Shown: positions 14,831-28,130 of the stretch, in pieces | Layout of the letters: each line of letters starts with the position of its first letter | How positions within the stretch are numbered: position 1 is the stretch's first letter | NCBI RefSeq assembly: GCF_006345805.1 | Contig: NC_042997.1 | Coordinates: 18,104,001-18,168,000 of the forward strand | Origin: Octopus sinensis | Taxonomy: Eukaryota | Direction: 5' to 3' | DNA: 64,000 nucleotides | Translations under genes and position numbers: made by a program | Notes under the pieces: generated by a model | Databases searched by the model: none | What the model saw: only the letters and a program-made list of their open reading frames with translations | What the model was told of the DNA's origin: nothing

Positions 14831-14866
14831 AAAAACAAATATGAATAGAGAAATATTGAATATTAA

Positions 14867-15087
14867 CCCTTTAGCATTTAAACTGGCCATATCAGGCCAA
14901 AAGTATTCTACCTGTTTTATGTTAAAACTGGCCAGATCTGGTCTCTCACACCAACCCTACAATGTCGTTTTTAAAATTAACAGCTACCTCATTGAAATCT
15001 CATAACTACAAGATAATGCATGATTAGTTCAAAACAATGTGGATGAAAAAGGATTAACTTTGGCAGAATAATGCAAACACTAAAGGG
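14867..15087. mobile_element. piggyBac-type MITE
   Basis: TTAA|CCCTTTAG...CTAAAGGG|TTAA: TTAA duplication, CCC/GGG ends, 8-bp perfect terminal inverted repeat, 221 bp, no ORF. Confidence 0.75.
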
Positions 15088-15552
15088 TTAAGGCAGAACA
15101 TTGTCACTATTTTATGTTTTATGCACTTAATGACATTCATTTACCTGTGTTATTTTGCATGCATTTTACCAAGTTATGCTACCATAATTTGGATGTGACA
15201 GTACAAGGGTAGAATACAAATTTTGAATGCATTTACCGGATAGGTTCTTCTACCTTCTTTTAAATCAAAGATAGCTTTTGAAATGTATAGGTTGATTAGA
15301 TTAACATGCTGTGTCTATTTAATTTTGTCATATATTTTTACACATAAGAAAGGATATATAGTACTATATTCTACTTTTCCTTTTATTTTTCTATTATTTA
15401 TATTCACTGAGTGAGCTGAGATATCAATGGCTTTTGTACCTGAGCCAAGTAAGGATTTTTTCTTATTTTATTTTAGTGTTTAAGGCTAGTTTATCTGAAT
15501 TAAGCCATTCTGATATATTGATTAGTTCACTGTTTAGTTTCTGAAAGTGTTG

Positions 15553-15583
<31 letters not shown>

Positions 15584-17696
15584 CATGTGTGTGTGTGTGT
15601 TTGTATGTGTGTGCATGTGTGTGTGCATATATATATATATTATACATGCATACACATATATGTATATATAAATGTATAAATACACATATGCATATAGATA
15701 CATATATTTACACACACACACTCTCACATGCACACGCACTCACACACACACACTCACAGACATACACAATTATATATGAGAAAGAAGAAACATTTGGATA
15801 AATTGATAAGAAAAGTATTTAGGTAGCTAGAAACGTAGTTTAGAGGGTATGTTGATAGGTAGATAGAAGAACAGAGAAATATGCTGCTAGACAGAGAGAC
15901 ATATATATTAGATAGATATTTTGCTTGATAGAAAGTTTAGGAGATAACTTGATTCACAAAGGAGAAAAAAGAGAAAGAGTGAAATGGAGTTAGGAGCAGA
16001 ACAGAGAGAATTTTTATCTATATTTGTGGAAATAAACTTACTTTAAATTAAGTCTGACATGCTCGAAAAACTGCTGCAAGGTCCATTACTGATGCTTAAG
16101 GTCATAAAACCTAAAATTGTTCCTATCTGAGAGAAACTTTTGCAAGCAATAAAATTCCTTCCTTTCTTAAGTGAAATCCAATACAAAGCAAGTATCAGTA
16201 ATTGCTATGTATGTAGATCTAACTTCTGTAATATGCACCAGCAATATATTATTATATATCTATTTATTAGGGAAGCTATATCCTTTGCTGGTTGATAATA
16301 TAACTGGTATTTGTGTGATGATGATGATGATGATGATGATGAGGAGGAGGAGGAGGAGGAGGAGGAATGAGTGAAAATAATGATGATGATGATGATGATG
16401 ATGAGATGATGATGATGATGGTGACAATGAAAATAGCAGAGAAGGTAGATAACAATGTCGATGAAGAGGATGATGGTGAAGGCGATGACAGCGAATGCTG
16501 ATTTGATGAAATTAATCATGACATCTTATTTCTTCTGATATAATTCCATTCACATCAAGGATGCATTATAGGAAGTTTAGATCAATCCCAATACTTGACT
16601 GTTGCATTATCTTATCGACCCCTGAAGGATGAAAGGTAAAGTTGATCTCAGCAGGATTGAACATAAAGAATCCATAACAAAATGCTGTGAGGCATTTTGT
16701 CTGATGCACTATTGATTCTACCAATCCACCACTGATAATTTTCTTCTTATCCTGTCAAACATAGATATATATATATATATATATATATATGACCTGCATC
16801 CTCCAAATCCAATTGATTAGGGATAGAGTGAGTATTTGTAAAACATTCCAAAGATTCTTGATTTGAGTTACCTGGAATAAACATTTACATGCAATCAGGT
16901 GTGCATATGGTATACTCACACATACTTAAAGTGTAATGAAATACACACACTCATTTACTTAAGAGATATGCACACCTATACATGAGTATAAGTATATCCA
17001 CTCATGCGCTTAAATATGTGCACACATTAACTCACTCATTACATTCACAAATCTCTGGAACTGTTTTGACCTCAACAAAATGCATTTTTACTTTGTTAGC
17101 AACAAGTTTGAAGTTGTAAAAGAAGTTAAATTAATCTCAGTTTATACATCCCTGCCACATACACATATGTATGAAGGCTTGATATGTGCCAACCCTCCTG
17201 GAGCAAATTATGGTCGAATGTGGGTTTATGAGGAGATATGTAACTCCTTAATTCATATGCTAGAAATGACCATGATAACTGGGACAGTAACTATCTGTAA
17301 GACCTTCTTAAGATATAAATGGTATATTGAGTTTCTTGGCTAAAATGTTTGATTTTGAGGTGAGCTGGACAAAATAACTGGAATCATCAGAATCTTCTTC
17401 ATATCCATCAATGCAAACTTATGTGATATTTATTGGTCTTTTAAATGTCATTAGGAAACAATGTAATCTCACATCTGTGTTCTATCTGTTGTTTTTAACA
17501 TTGTCTTTCAGTTTTTACAGTAAGGTGGTCATTCAACTCCGGTTCAGTGTTGGTTTCTGTGAACCACAGAGATGGAAGACAATATTAAAAAAAAAACAGT
17601 ACAGCAAGGATTTTGTGGTTTACAGCAAGTGTTTTGTATATCATACATTGATAGACGTTCAGCACAATAACAATTTCTTTGTTCTGTAAAATGCTT

Positions 17697-17898
17697 GCAC
17701 CACCACCACCACCACCACTGCTGCTGCCAATGCCACCACCACCACCACCACCACCACCACCACCACCACCACCACCACCACTATCACCATCACCACCACC
17801 ATCAACCTCACCGTCATCATCCTCATCCTCATCACCACCACCACCACCACCACCACTACCATCATCGTCATCATCACCACCACCACCACCACCACTAC

Positions 17899-17929
<31 letters not shown>

Positions 17930-18045
17930 GTCGTCATCATCATCGTCATCATCGTCGTCATCATCATCATCATCATTATCATCATCGTCATCATCATCCT
18001 CATCGTCATCATTGCCATCATCATCATCATTATCATCATCATCAA
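17697..18045. repeat. Compound (CAC)n/(CAT)n trinucleotide microsatellite
   Basis: Direct reading; source of the poly-H/P/D/G ORFs. Confidence 0.95.
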
Positions 18046-21000
18046 GGAAATAGTGTTGCTCCACAAGGCAGATATTAATGCATTTCAAGCCAGTTCACTA
18101 TAAGTGCACATTGATGGGAAAACCACTGAAAATAGAACATTCATTAAAGCAAAAGACATCTGGAGCAGATTGCACCTTTAACCTGAAAACAAGTAGATCA
18201 ACATTTGAACTACTCCACCAAGGTACCACCATTGTCTTTCAGAAAAGCAAACTCATATGTAGGCCCATAATTGTATGTAAATGTACGATCATATACCTAT
18301 CCAGGCATGTTTCATATTTCTGTTTGTATTTATGTATAAGTATGTGAGTGTAATTGGATCTATGTTCCATAAACAGAAATAGAAAATATTGGGGTGTGGG
18401 AGAAGAGATGAGAGAAGTCTATGCGTGAGAAGGAAAAATATTGTGTGTGAGTATATGTATTTATATATGTATATAAAAGAGAGAGAATTAGTAGGCTCTT
18501 ATGTTGTAGCATTATTTATTTTTCTGATTCCAAGTACTTGAAGAAGAAATCAATTTAGTATAGCTGTGAGGAGATGGTTAGTGAATATGAATACATCAGA
18601 ATAATCCCAACGTTAATCAAAATGATGAAGAAACCTTGCTGAGTCTTTAAAGGTTTGGTAACTGAGACTGAATAATGCAAAACTTTCAATAGAAACACCT
18701 AAATTAGAGTTTCTCTATTATAACTGCCTGAGGATTTAATGCAACAATCTTTATAATTCCAGTAGAGTATTGGGAATCTTATTATATAATTTATAATGTT
18801 GGCTAGTAATATATTTCTGTGATTTTCTTACCATTTTTCTTTTTAGTTTTGCTTTGTTGTCTTATATTTGTGAATGAATAGACTGAATAAATATATTGCC
18901 AAAGCACACCATGATGTGTGCAATAACCAGTCCTTGAAAAGTGTATCTGATTTAAATTCTGAGATAGAATTTTCAGTTGATTAAGTGGAAATCACTGCAA
19001 CTATTTTCGTGAGAAGCACCTTCATCAAAACTAAGAAGATGACACAAATATCTCCATCCATGACACACAACACATATAACTCCAATATCTTGATTCTGTA
19101 AAATAAATAAATGTCAGAATGTATTTAACCATTGAATTAATTTCAATGTCTTTTTAATCAATCTTTAATATTTAAGAAACATTAAAAATAAAAATCCGAA
19201 ATTTTTATGAATAATTTTTTTCTCTGAAATCATGTTGACTTACTGTAGAAATGTAATATTTCTATGAAAAAATTTATCTGTAATTTAGAGGTAGATGCTT
19301 TTTCAAATTGTAGCCATTCAGCCATGAAACAGAAATATTTAGATAACTTGACTGAAGTAATGATTTTTCTGAACATTGAATTTTAGCAGAAAAATTAATA
19401 GCATCAATTTCATGTTGTTTTTATTATCTCACTGTCTAGAATGGCCAGGAAGACTACATAATTTAGGTTCCTCCTCTTTGGTAAACATGTAAAAATAACT
19501 CAGAAATTCATGTAAAAATAACTCATGAATTTCTGAGCTATGTCAGTAGTGTTATAAATATGGAATGCTAACTGATAGTCCAATTTAAAAGATAATTTTT
19601 GTGTTCAAATTTGCATTTGTTATCTTCTGAGCCTATATTATTCCACATATAATGCTGTTAAAATATCTCATTTATGTTTAACTAAACCTTAACTTCTAAC
19701 TAAAACAACTTGAAAATTGTATCCCTGCTATTTAGTAGACATGATATTCCATGTTATTGCATTAACAATTTCACAGCCTTCTAACATAATTCAATTTTTT
19801 AAGATATACAATAATTAGTATGATCACTTTATTGCATACCACATATGGCATATATTTCTTTGCTTTTTTTTATTGAATGATGTGACTAAGTATCAGAGGA
19901 AGGGCTCTGACAACTTAAGGTAGGTAGTAAACAAATAAGGTATATAACCTTGTATGGGAGACTTTATCAGTACTTCTGACACACATTGTCAATAATACCA
20001 ACACATTATCAGTCATTCTAAAACACTGTCAATGACTTCAACATACATTGTCAATAATTCCAACACACAAAGTCAATGATTGCAACACAATGTCAATTAT
20101 GTCATTGCCAAACTTTGTTAATTATTTGTTAATTATAAAAAAAAATAGTCATTTTTGGGATGTTAAGATTCTATTCTTTTACCTGTTCCATTTAGTGGAT
20201 TGTGGCTGTTTGGTCTCTACCTTAAAGGTTTTAGCCAATGAAATTGACATCTGTAATTATCTTTTTAATGTCAGGTGCTTATTCTATTGGTTTCTTTTAC
20301 CAAACTAAGTACTATGAATGTAAATAAACTAACACCAGCTATCAAGTAGTAGTGGGGACAGACAAAAACAAAGATACACATGTGGGGACACACACACGCA
20401 CACACACAGATGTGAAGGGTTTCTTACAGTTTCCATCTACCAAATTCAATCACAAGGCATTGGTTGGCCCTGTGCTATAGTTGAAGATACTTTCCCAACG
20501 TCCAAGGTGCAATGCAGTGGAACTGAACCTGGAATCTTGAGGTTGCGATGTAAACTTCTTTACCACACAGTTAGGCTTGTACCTAATATAACTTTAAATG
20601 AAAATATAAAAATAAATTAAATACACATAATAGCTATCTATACTATCAAAACAGAACAGAGAAAAGTATGAAGTTATGGCGCAAAGCAAAATGTATAAAA
20701 GATTTCTTTGAAAGATTTCTGTCTGTGGTTTTAGATATCCTGAACTGCTGACAAAGAAATTATTTTCCACGTTAGCCAGCATAAGTAATCCTCATTTACT
20801 TCAGTTGTCCTGTGCTCTGCCTATAAGACACTAGTCTTACCACACTTCCTGTTGAATAATAGATTTCAAAGCTTGAACTGTAACTGAAGTAGTTTTCAGA
20901 AATACATAACTAAGCACTAAAGGAATTTATGCCCGGGGAACCAAGTTACATCAGGTTCATACCCAAGAAAAAGGGGGGAAAAATCAATTGCAAATGTCCT

Positions 21001-22704
21001 TGTAGTTTTGTACCCAATATGTAGTTAGAGAGAATTCAAATTTGTGCTGATGTACAGAGGCACATATGTACACATCTCCAAATAAAAAGATGACACACAC
21101 ACATACACAGAGGCACAGACACATGAAGCATAGCAAAATTCTCATTATATTCTTTACAATATTTCAGGAATTACTGATAATTCTTTTCTATTTTTATTAT
21201 TGTTAGTTTTGATTTGAGTTGATTAAGAACAATTTTAATTCACTTAATGAAAACAAAGAAATAATCTCAGAATTTATTCCAATAATTACTTAAAATCCCT
21301 CCCATTTTCATTGCAATCTCTTTGTTTTGAATAGAAAAAAATATACAAAATCAATCAACAAAAAGAAATGGCTATTTGCATTAGGCAAATATCTGTGTAT
21401 ATGAATGTGTATATGTATGTGTGTATACATGTGTGTGAAAGAAGAAGAGGAAGAAATATCGTCAGTGAAAATAGAGACAGCTGCTCATATCTTAATTAAA
21501 ACAACTTCTTAAGGAGGGTTTTATTGCCCTTCGTTTTTCACTTGTTTCACATCATTGATATCGATTAGGGACAGATCAAATCTGGCTGCCACCTGGATAT
21601 CAGCTAGAGAGTTACATGATTGGAGATTTTAATCTAATTTCTATCAGCAGAGATTGACTTCAATTCATTTAACTTTTCACTGGTAAAGATCAAAAAATTT
21701 CAGCAAAATAAAAATCAAAACTGAAGAAAAAAAAATAATAAAATAGACAAGAGCAACTAAAATAATGACAAGAAAAATAGCAACAGCCACTACTATAACA
21801 ATATCAACAATAAAATAATAATAATGATGATATTAATGAAAATAGCAACAACAACAACAACAATGAGAAAACAATACAAAAAACATTATAATGAAAACCT
21901 TGAATCCACTTTGATAAAATTGCAAAATGGTCAATGGTTGAATCAAAATGCAAACATTCAATTTTAGTAAAAATGCAATTATTCTAATATCTAATGAGTT
22001 GTAAATGTTTAGAGACAAACCATATATCTTTGATCTTCAGCTTAAAATGGGAAATATGACTGAGAACTGAATGAAAATTAATGAGAGGAGGGATCTGGTT
22101 ATGCACATATGTGTGTGAGTGTAAGTTCATATGGACAGTGCGTGCATATGTGATTTGGTGTTAATTGGATTTCTTCCTTACACTCAAGTTTTCCCATGTG
22201 AAGTTCATCACAGTGATGAATAGTTGGAACCATGGATACTAATTGCAGGTTGAATAGACTCAGCATATATTTGTTTTTATGAAGGAAAAAATGAACATGG
22301 AACACTGTAAATAATATCTTTCTGCTTGTGAAACACACATGCATATACACATATATACACGCAAAGGCAGTGCATCGTCTGTCTGTGGTATAAGCATGAG
22401 AGCTTTAGTACACCATAGGTCCATTCCATATGAGAGGTCCTCTCACGATAACTGATGCAGTGTACAGTGTTCTAATACTGCATCCACACTGGGTGGGTGA
22501 TAAATATATATATATCCCATGCTTGAGAAGACCAATCAAGCCAAGTGAAATTGTAGCCATGGCTGATGCCAGTGTTACATAACTGGCACCCATGTTGGTA
22601 GCATGTAAAAAGTACCTTTTGAGCATTGGGCCTCATGGAGGCAAGGTGACTGATGCTGGTGCCATGTGAAAAGTACCTTTTGAGCGTTGGACCTCAAGGA
22701 GGCC

Positions 22705-22830
22705 ATGTTTCACTGCCATGCAGTATAGCTGTATGTACACAGGCATCATACAATCTGCCTTTCACTTTGAGGGAGAGGCCTTTGCTACCAACAATGGTAG
22801 TAGCTCTATAAACTATGCCCAGCCCATTCT
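22705..22830 (-). mobile_element. RTE LINE fragment
   Basis: Homologous to 26930-27040 (the FRELLPLL..KGLSLRVKGRLYDAC region). Confidence 0.5.
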
Positions 22831-23816
22831 TATTCTAGCAACTATGCTTTTGGAACTTCTTCCGGTCACTTAGATAACTGAAGCCATTCGTTATTTCTAA
22901 GGATCCCACACCCGGACATTTAAGGAAGTTTATTCTCTGCATATTCTTAGTGTTTATTATACCAGCACATCTAATGCACACAAAGACTATTTTTTTCTGT
23001 TAATCTTCCTGTGATACTGCTGCACTGGGTACACTGTGTGGTGTTTCTACAAACACCTTTTCTTTATATTGAGCAGGGCCATAGGAAGCTTGTTTTTCAA
23101 CCACCTGGGTTTGCATTGTACTTTGAGCAAGTGTCTCTTCTGCTATAACTTTGGGCTGACTGAAGCCTTGTAATTGAATTTCATAGACCAAATTTCCCAT
23201 TGTGTGTATACATGTGTGTGAGAAAAAAATGTATGTAAGTGTGTGTGTGTGTGCATGTGTGCATGTGTATGTATATGTATATACATTCAAAGGTGCATGG
23301 CTTAGTTGTTGGGGTGTTGCACACACAATTGCTAGATTGTGATTTCAATTCCTAGACTGGTGCATAGTAATTCGTGAGCAAAACACTTCACCTCACGTTG
23401 CTCAGTGATCACTTCAACACCTGATGCATAGTTCACAGTGCATCTGTTCAGACAATGTTGATTTGATGGAGTGAGCTAATGTGTGGCATGAACATTTGAT
23501 CACTGTAAACTAATTATTCGTGCAGGTTGTTCGGCAAAAGCTACACGCTTATATGTTGTCTTCGACAGGAGAGTCCATCATATATGTATGTATGTATGTA
23601 TGTCATTGTTTTATAACAAGATTTCTTGCCAATAGAGAAAAACTCGGTTTCTAACTTAGATCCAAGGCTCCTTCATTTTTTATATATCTTTTAAACTCCC
23701 ATTAAGTCTTGACCCTTCCCTTACCTTCCATTTTCCTTTTCTTTTTTCCTTATCTTTCATTCTCTTGTTAGACACTAATTCTTAATCTCTCTCCCTCTCT
23801 GTACACACAGACACAG

Positions 23817-23859
<43 letters not shown>

Positions 23860-23945
23860 GAATAGGGAGGTATAACAGATTGAGGCAGATATTGTTCAAG
23901 CACTGTAGTATAATCCAAGTTATGGCTAACTGCATCATATATATA

Positions 23946-24246
23946 TCATCATCATCATCGTCATCATTTAGCGTCCACTTTCCATGCTAGCATGGGCTGG
24001 ACGGTTCAACTGGGGTCTGTGAAGCCAGAAGGCTGCATCAGGCCCAGTCTGATCTGGCAGTGTTTCTACGGCTGGATGCCCTTCCTAACGCCAACCACTC
24101 CGTGAGTGTAGTGGGTGCTTTTTACGTGCCACCCACACAGGTGCCAGACGGAGCTGGCAAACGGCCATGGACGGATGGTGCTTTTTACGTGCCACCGGCA
24201 CGGGGGCCAGGCGAGGCTGGCAACGGCCACGATCGGATGGTGTTTT
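23946..24246 (-). mobile_element. Young SINE, family C (V-domain-like)
   Basis: Minus strand has ggttggcgttaggaagggcatccagccgtagaaac and an RTE-like tail catgctagcatggaaagtggacgctaaatgatg; CpGs intact. Confidence 0.8.
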
Positions 24247-24360
24247 TATAATATATATATTATATATATATATACATACACATGTAACTTGTTTCAGTCA
24301 TCCTGGGGCACTATAACAATAAAAGCAACTAAAACTAAGATATATCACCTTTGTTATACT

Positions 24361-24778
24361 TAGTTAGTTAGTTAGTTAGTTAGTTAATTTGGCTCAAAAG
24401 CAAATAGCAAGGCCATGTAGGGGAACATGGAGTTAAGTACAGGGTGGTGTTCATGTAAAGAGTTCAGGCCACTTGAGGTCAGGGAGGCTTTGAACAAAGC
24501 GGTCGTCGGCATCTTCACCATCTCGTCTGGCAGCTTGTTCCACGGATCCGCAACCCGGACGGAGAAAGCTCCTCTCCTTCGATTGAGATGAAATCGTCGC
24601 AGGTAGAGCTTTTCGGAATGACCCCGCAGCCGACGCTCCAGAGCAGGAGTGAAGAACAGCTCTTTCGAGAGGTTACACTTCCCGCTTATGATGTTGTGGG
24701 CGAGAATGAGATCACCACGGCGGCGGCGTTTTTCAAGAGAACAAAGGTCGAGCATCCTCAGCCTTTCTTCGTAGGACA
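24361..24778 (-). mobile_element. Young 5'-truncated CR1-clade LINE 3' end
   Basis: ORF SYEERLRMLDLCSLEKRRRRGDLI...LRGHSEKL...FSVRVADPWNKLP is the typical CR1 ORF2 C-terminus; (TAAC)n tail; GC-rich with intact CpGs. Confidence 0.9.
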
Positions 24779-24791
24779 AATTGCATTACTA

Positions 24792-26045
24792 TTGGGTTGA
24801 CAACTAAGTTCCTGCTGTTTATTTAAATTTTGGAATCTATTTTATTCAAGAATTCTATTTTTGAATCATTTTGGAATCTTTTTTTTTTTTTTCTTGTTAA
24901 TTTATTTATTTTCAGATCATTAAAATGGAATGTCAAGTTAAGAAAAACGAGCATTTTCGACACCTTCTTCTTTTTGCTTTTAATCAAGGTTCTAAGGCCA
25001 CAAAAGCTGCTCACAACATTTGTGCTGTGTATGGAGAGGGTGCCATAGCTGAAAGAACCGCTTGTGATTGGTATGCCAAGTTCAAAAATGGAAATTTTGA
25101 CGTCAAAGATGCACCTCATTCTGGTTGTCCAGTTGAGTTCGATGAAGAGCGATTTAACCAACTTTTGCACGAAAATTCTCATCAAACATCAAAGAAACTG
25201 GCAAAGAAAATGGAATGCTCCCACACTGCTATAGAGAGGCATCTTCACTCGATGGGAACTGTTCAGAAGTTTGGAGCATGTGTTTCGATGCTTTAAGTGA
25301 CAACAACAAAAATCAAGGAGCCACAATCTCCACTCGTTTGCTTGCACATCACCGCTCAACTCATGGACACAAGTAATGATTTCTTTGCTGAATCATTACT
25401 AGTGATGGAAAATGGTGCCTGTGCATTAATATGAAGCAGCATAAGGAATGGCTTAGCCCCAGTAAACAAGTGACACTGTGTGTGAAACAAGATCTTCATC
25501 CATGTAAAATGATGTTGTGCATATGGTGGAACTGGGAAAGGATTATTCATTAAGAATTGCTTGAATAGAACCAAATGGTCAACACAAAACTCTATGTTCA
25601 ACAGATGGAATGACTCAACAGGGCTATTCAAGAGAAAAGACCTAATCGTCAGCATGGAGTTCTGCTGCTGCATGACAACGCCCACCCTCATATCGCTAAT
25701 ATGACCAAGGAAGCCATTCAAATGCATGGCTGGGAAGTGCTGCCACACCTGCTGTACTCTCCTGATTTGGCACCAACAGATTTCCACCTCTTCCGATCTC
25801 TTTCAAATGCTATGCACAGAGTTTCGTTCAATACTGATGCAGAATTGAGAGCTTGGTTGGATCAATTTTTCGAGTCAAAATCGGGTGATTTCTACCAACG
25901 AGGTATTGAAAATCTTGTTGAACGTTGGGAAGAATTTGTAAACAACAAGGGTGAATACATTATTGATTAATTAGTTGTTATTTTTTATTAAACCTTTTAA
26001 AAAATTTAAATTTTAAAAATGGCGGGAACTTAGTAGCCAACGTAA
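24792..26045 (+). mobile_element. Full-length defective mariner (Tc1/mariner) element, 1254 bp
   Basis: TA at both ends; imperfect TIRs TTGGGTTGACAACTAAGTTCC / GGAACTTAGTAGCCAACGTAA; transposase 24925-25970 with an HTH N-terminus and YSPDLAPTDFHLF motif, broken by stops and frameshifts. Confidence 0.92.
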
Positions 26046-26589
26046 TATTTTAAATCAGGATTTTAATTGTAATTAACAGATCCACCAATATGTACTGAAT
26101 ACTTTTTCAAGATACTTGCTATATAGAGAAAGATGCATAAACACACACACACACAAACACACACGCACAAATATCCACACACACACGCACACATGCCTCC
26201 CCCACACACACACACATTCACTCATATACATACACACACACATGCATCATACACATATATACATTTTATTCTTCCAATATTAAAAGAAAACTTATTGTAA
26301 TCATCATCATCATTTAAAATCCATTTTCCATACTGGCATGGGTTGGATTGCTTGACAAGAACTGGTTAGGCCAAGGGCTGCACCAGGTTCCATAGTCTTT
26401 AGTTGGCTATTTATGGCTGGATGCCCTTCCTAATGCCAACCACTTCACAGGGTGAACTGAGTGCTTTTTATGTGGCAACATCACAAGTGTTTTTTAAGTG
26501 GTATGAGCACCAGTGCTTTTTATGTGGCACATTAGTTTTAAGATCTCAATTCTGTTGTGGTTGGTGGGTCTTCTTGAGTAAAGCAATAC

Positions 26590-27400
26590 ACCACTTATCT
26601 TGGTCTTCTGTCATCCCCTTCATAAGGTTCAGCATTTTGAGATACTATGCCTCATGTCCTCCTGGGTCTCCCACTCCCACAACATCCCACCACTTTAAGT
26701 GCTCTGTACTTCTTTATACAGCTGTCCTCATCGATTTGCATCACATGACAAAACCAGCACAGTCTCCTCTGTTGAACACTGCATATAATTCTTCTTATGC
26801 CCAACTTTTCCCTCAATACACCAATGCTGTCACACATGCACACTGGCATCGCACATCCATTAGTGCATGCTGGTTTTGATCTCCAGCCTTTACATGTCCT
26901 CCACATTCAGGGAATAAGTCTCACTACCATGCAGTATCACAGTTTGTACACATGCATCATACAATCTTTCCTTCACTCAGGGAGATAGACCTTTGGTTGC
27001 TAAAAGAGGTAAAAGCTCTCTGAACTTCTTCCATCCTATTCTAGCAATTGCACTTTCTGTACAACCTCCTCTACTGCTAATTAGATAACCTAGGTAGCAA
27101 AAATTATCTACAACTTCCAGTGAACCACCAGGACATTTAAGGAAATCAGTTTCCCATGTATTTCTGCTCTTTTTGGCTCCCATACATCTTCCACAAATGA
27201 ACATTACTTTCCCTATCAATCTTCCAACTATTCCAATGCACCTCTGTTGTCTATAGCTTGCACAATGCACACCAAATGGAATTTATGCCTATACCCTTCC
27301 TGTATATTGAGCAGGGACATTTACCTGATGGATGAAGGGTCCTGTCCAATTTCTTGCTTAGTAGGACCTTAGTTTTTGCTAAGTTTACTTTAAGACCTTT
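26590..27400 (-). mobile_element. Degraded RTE-clade LINE 3' part
   Basis: LEVVDNFCYLG, IGWKKFRELLPLLATKGLS and RRLCWFCHVM...GRPRRT are RTE ORF2 C-terminal motifs. Confidence 0.8.
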
Positions 27401-27757
27401 GATTCTAGGTTCAGCCCCTTACATTATTTCTGACCCTGTATGCTTTTATTGGAAGTTTTATATTGTTTTGCTTATTCCAAATTGTCTGTTTTCTGTTTAG
27501 TTTCATAGTTTCTTAATCAATTATTTTAAGCAAGCATGAGACTCACATCAGATAAAATGCCATGAAGTATCTATCCTGGCTTCTGTACTTTGCATTTAAA
27601 TTCTGCCATGGTTAACATTATGTTTTGATTTACTTCAGTTCAACAAATAAAGTAATCTAGAAACCTATAGAGTAGCATAGTTGTTAGAGCACTGAATGAG
27701 ATACTTTGTAGTATATGTTTATGTTCTGGGTTCCAATATCATCTAGATCTCTATCTT

Positions 27758-27944
27758 TTACTTGTTTCAGTCATTAGACTGTGACAATGCTGAGGCATCA
27801 TCTTGAGGATTTTAGTCAAAGACATTTGACTCCAGTACATATTTTCTTTTTAAGCCTGATATCTATTCTGTCAGTCTCCTTCACTGTACTGCTAGGTTAC
27901 AAGGATGTAAACATACATCCTTGTCAAGTGGTGGTAGGGGAAAA

Positions 27945-27990
<46 letters not shown>

Positions 27991-28130
27991 ATGATTGGCT
28001 TCTTTCAGTTTCTGTCAACCAAATCCATTCACAAGGTTTTAGTAGAAGACACTCGCCCAAGTTGCCATGCAGTGGGACTGAACCCATGTAGTTAGGAAGC
28101 AAACTTCTTACTATATAGTCCTATCTGCAC
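27758..28130 (-). mobile_element. Degraded SINE, family A
   Basis: cttgtttcagtcatt...gtgggactgaacc homology with the other copies. Confidence 0.7.

Noticed and set aside
15238-15309. Phase-compatible minus exon candidate HVNLINLYISKAIFDLKEGRRTYP
   Set aside because: Purine-rich acceptor, and the peptide does not supply the expected PH strands.
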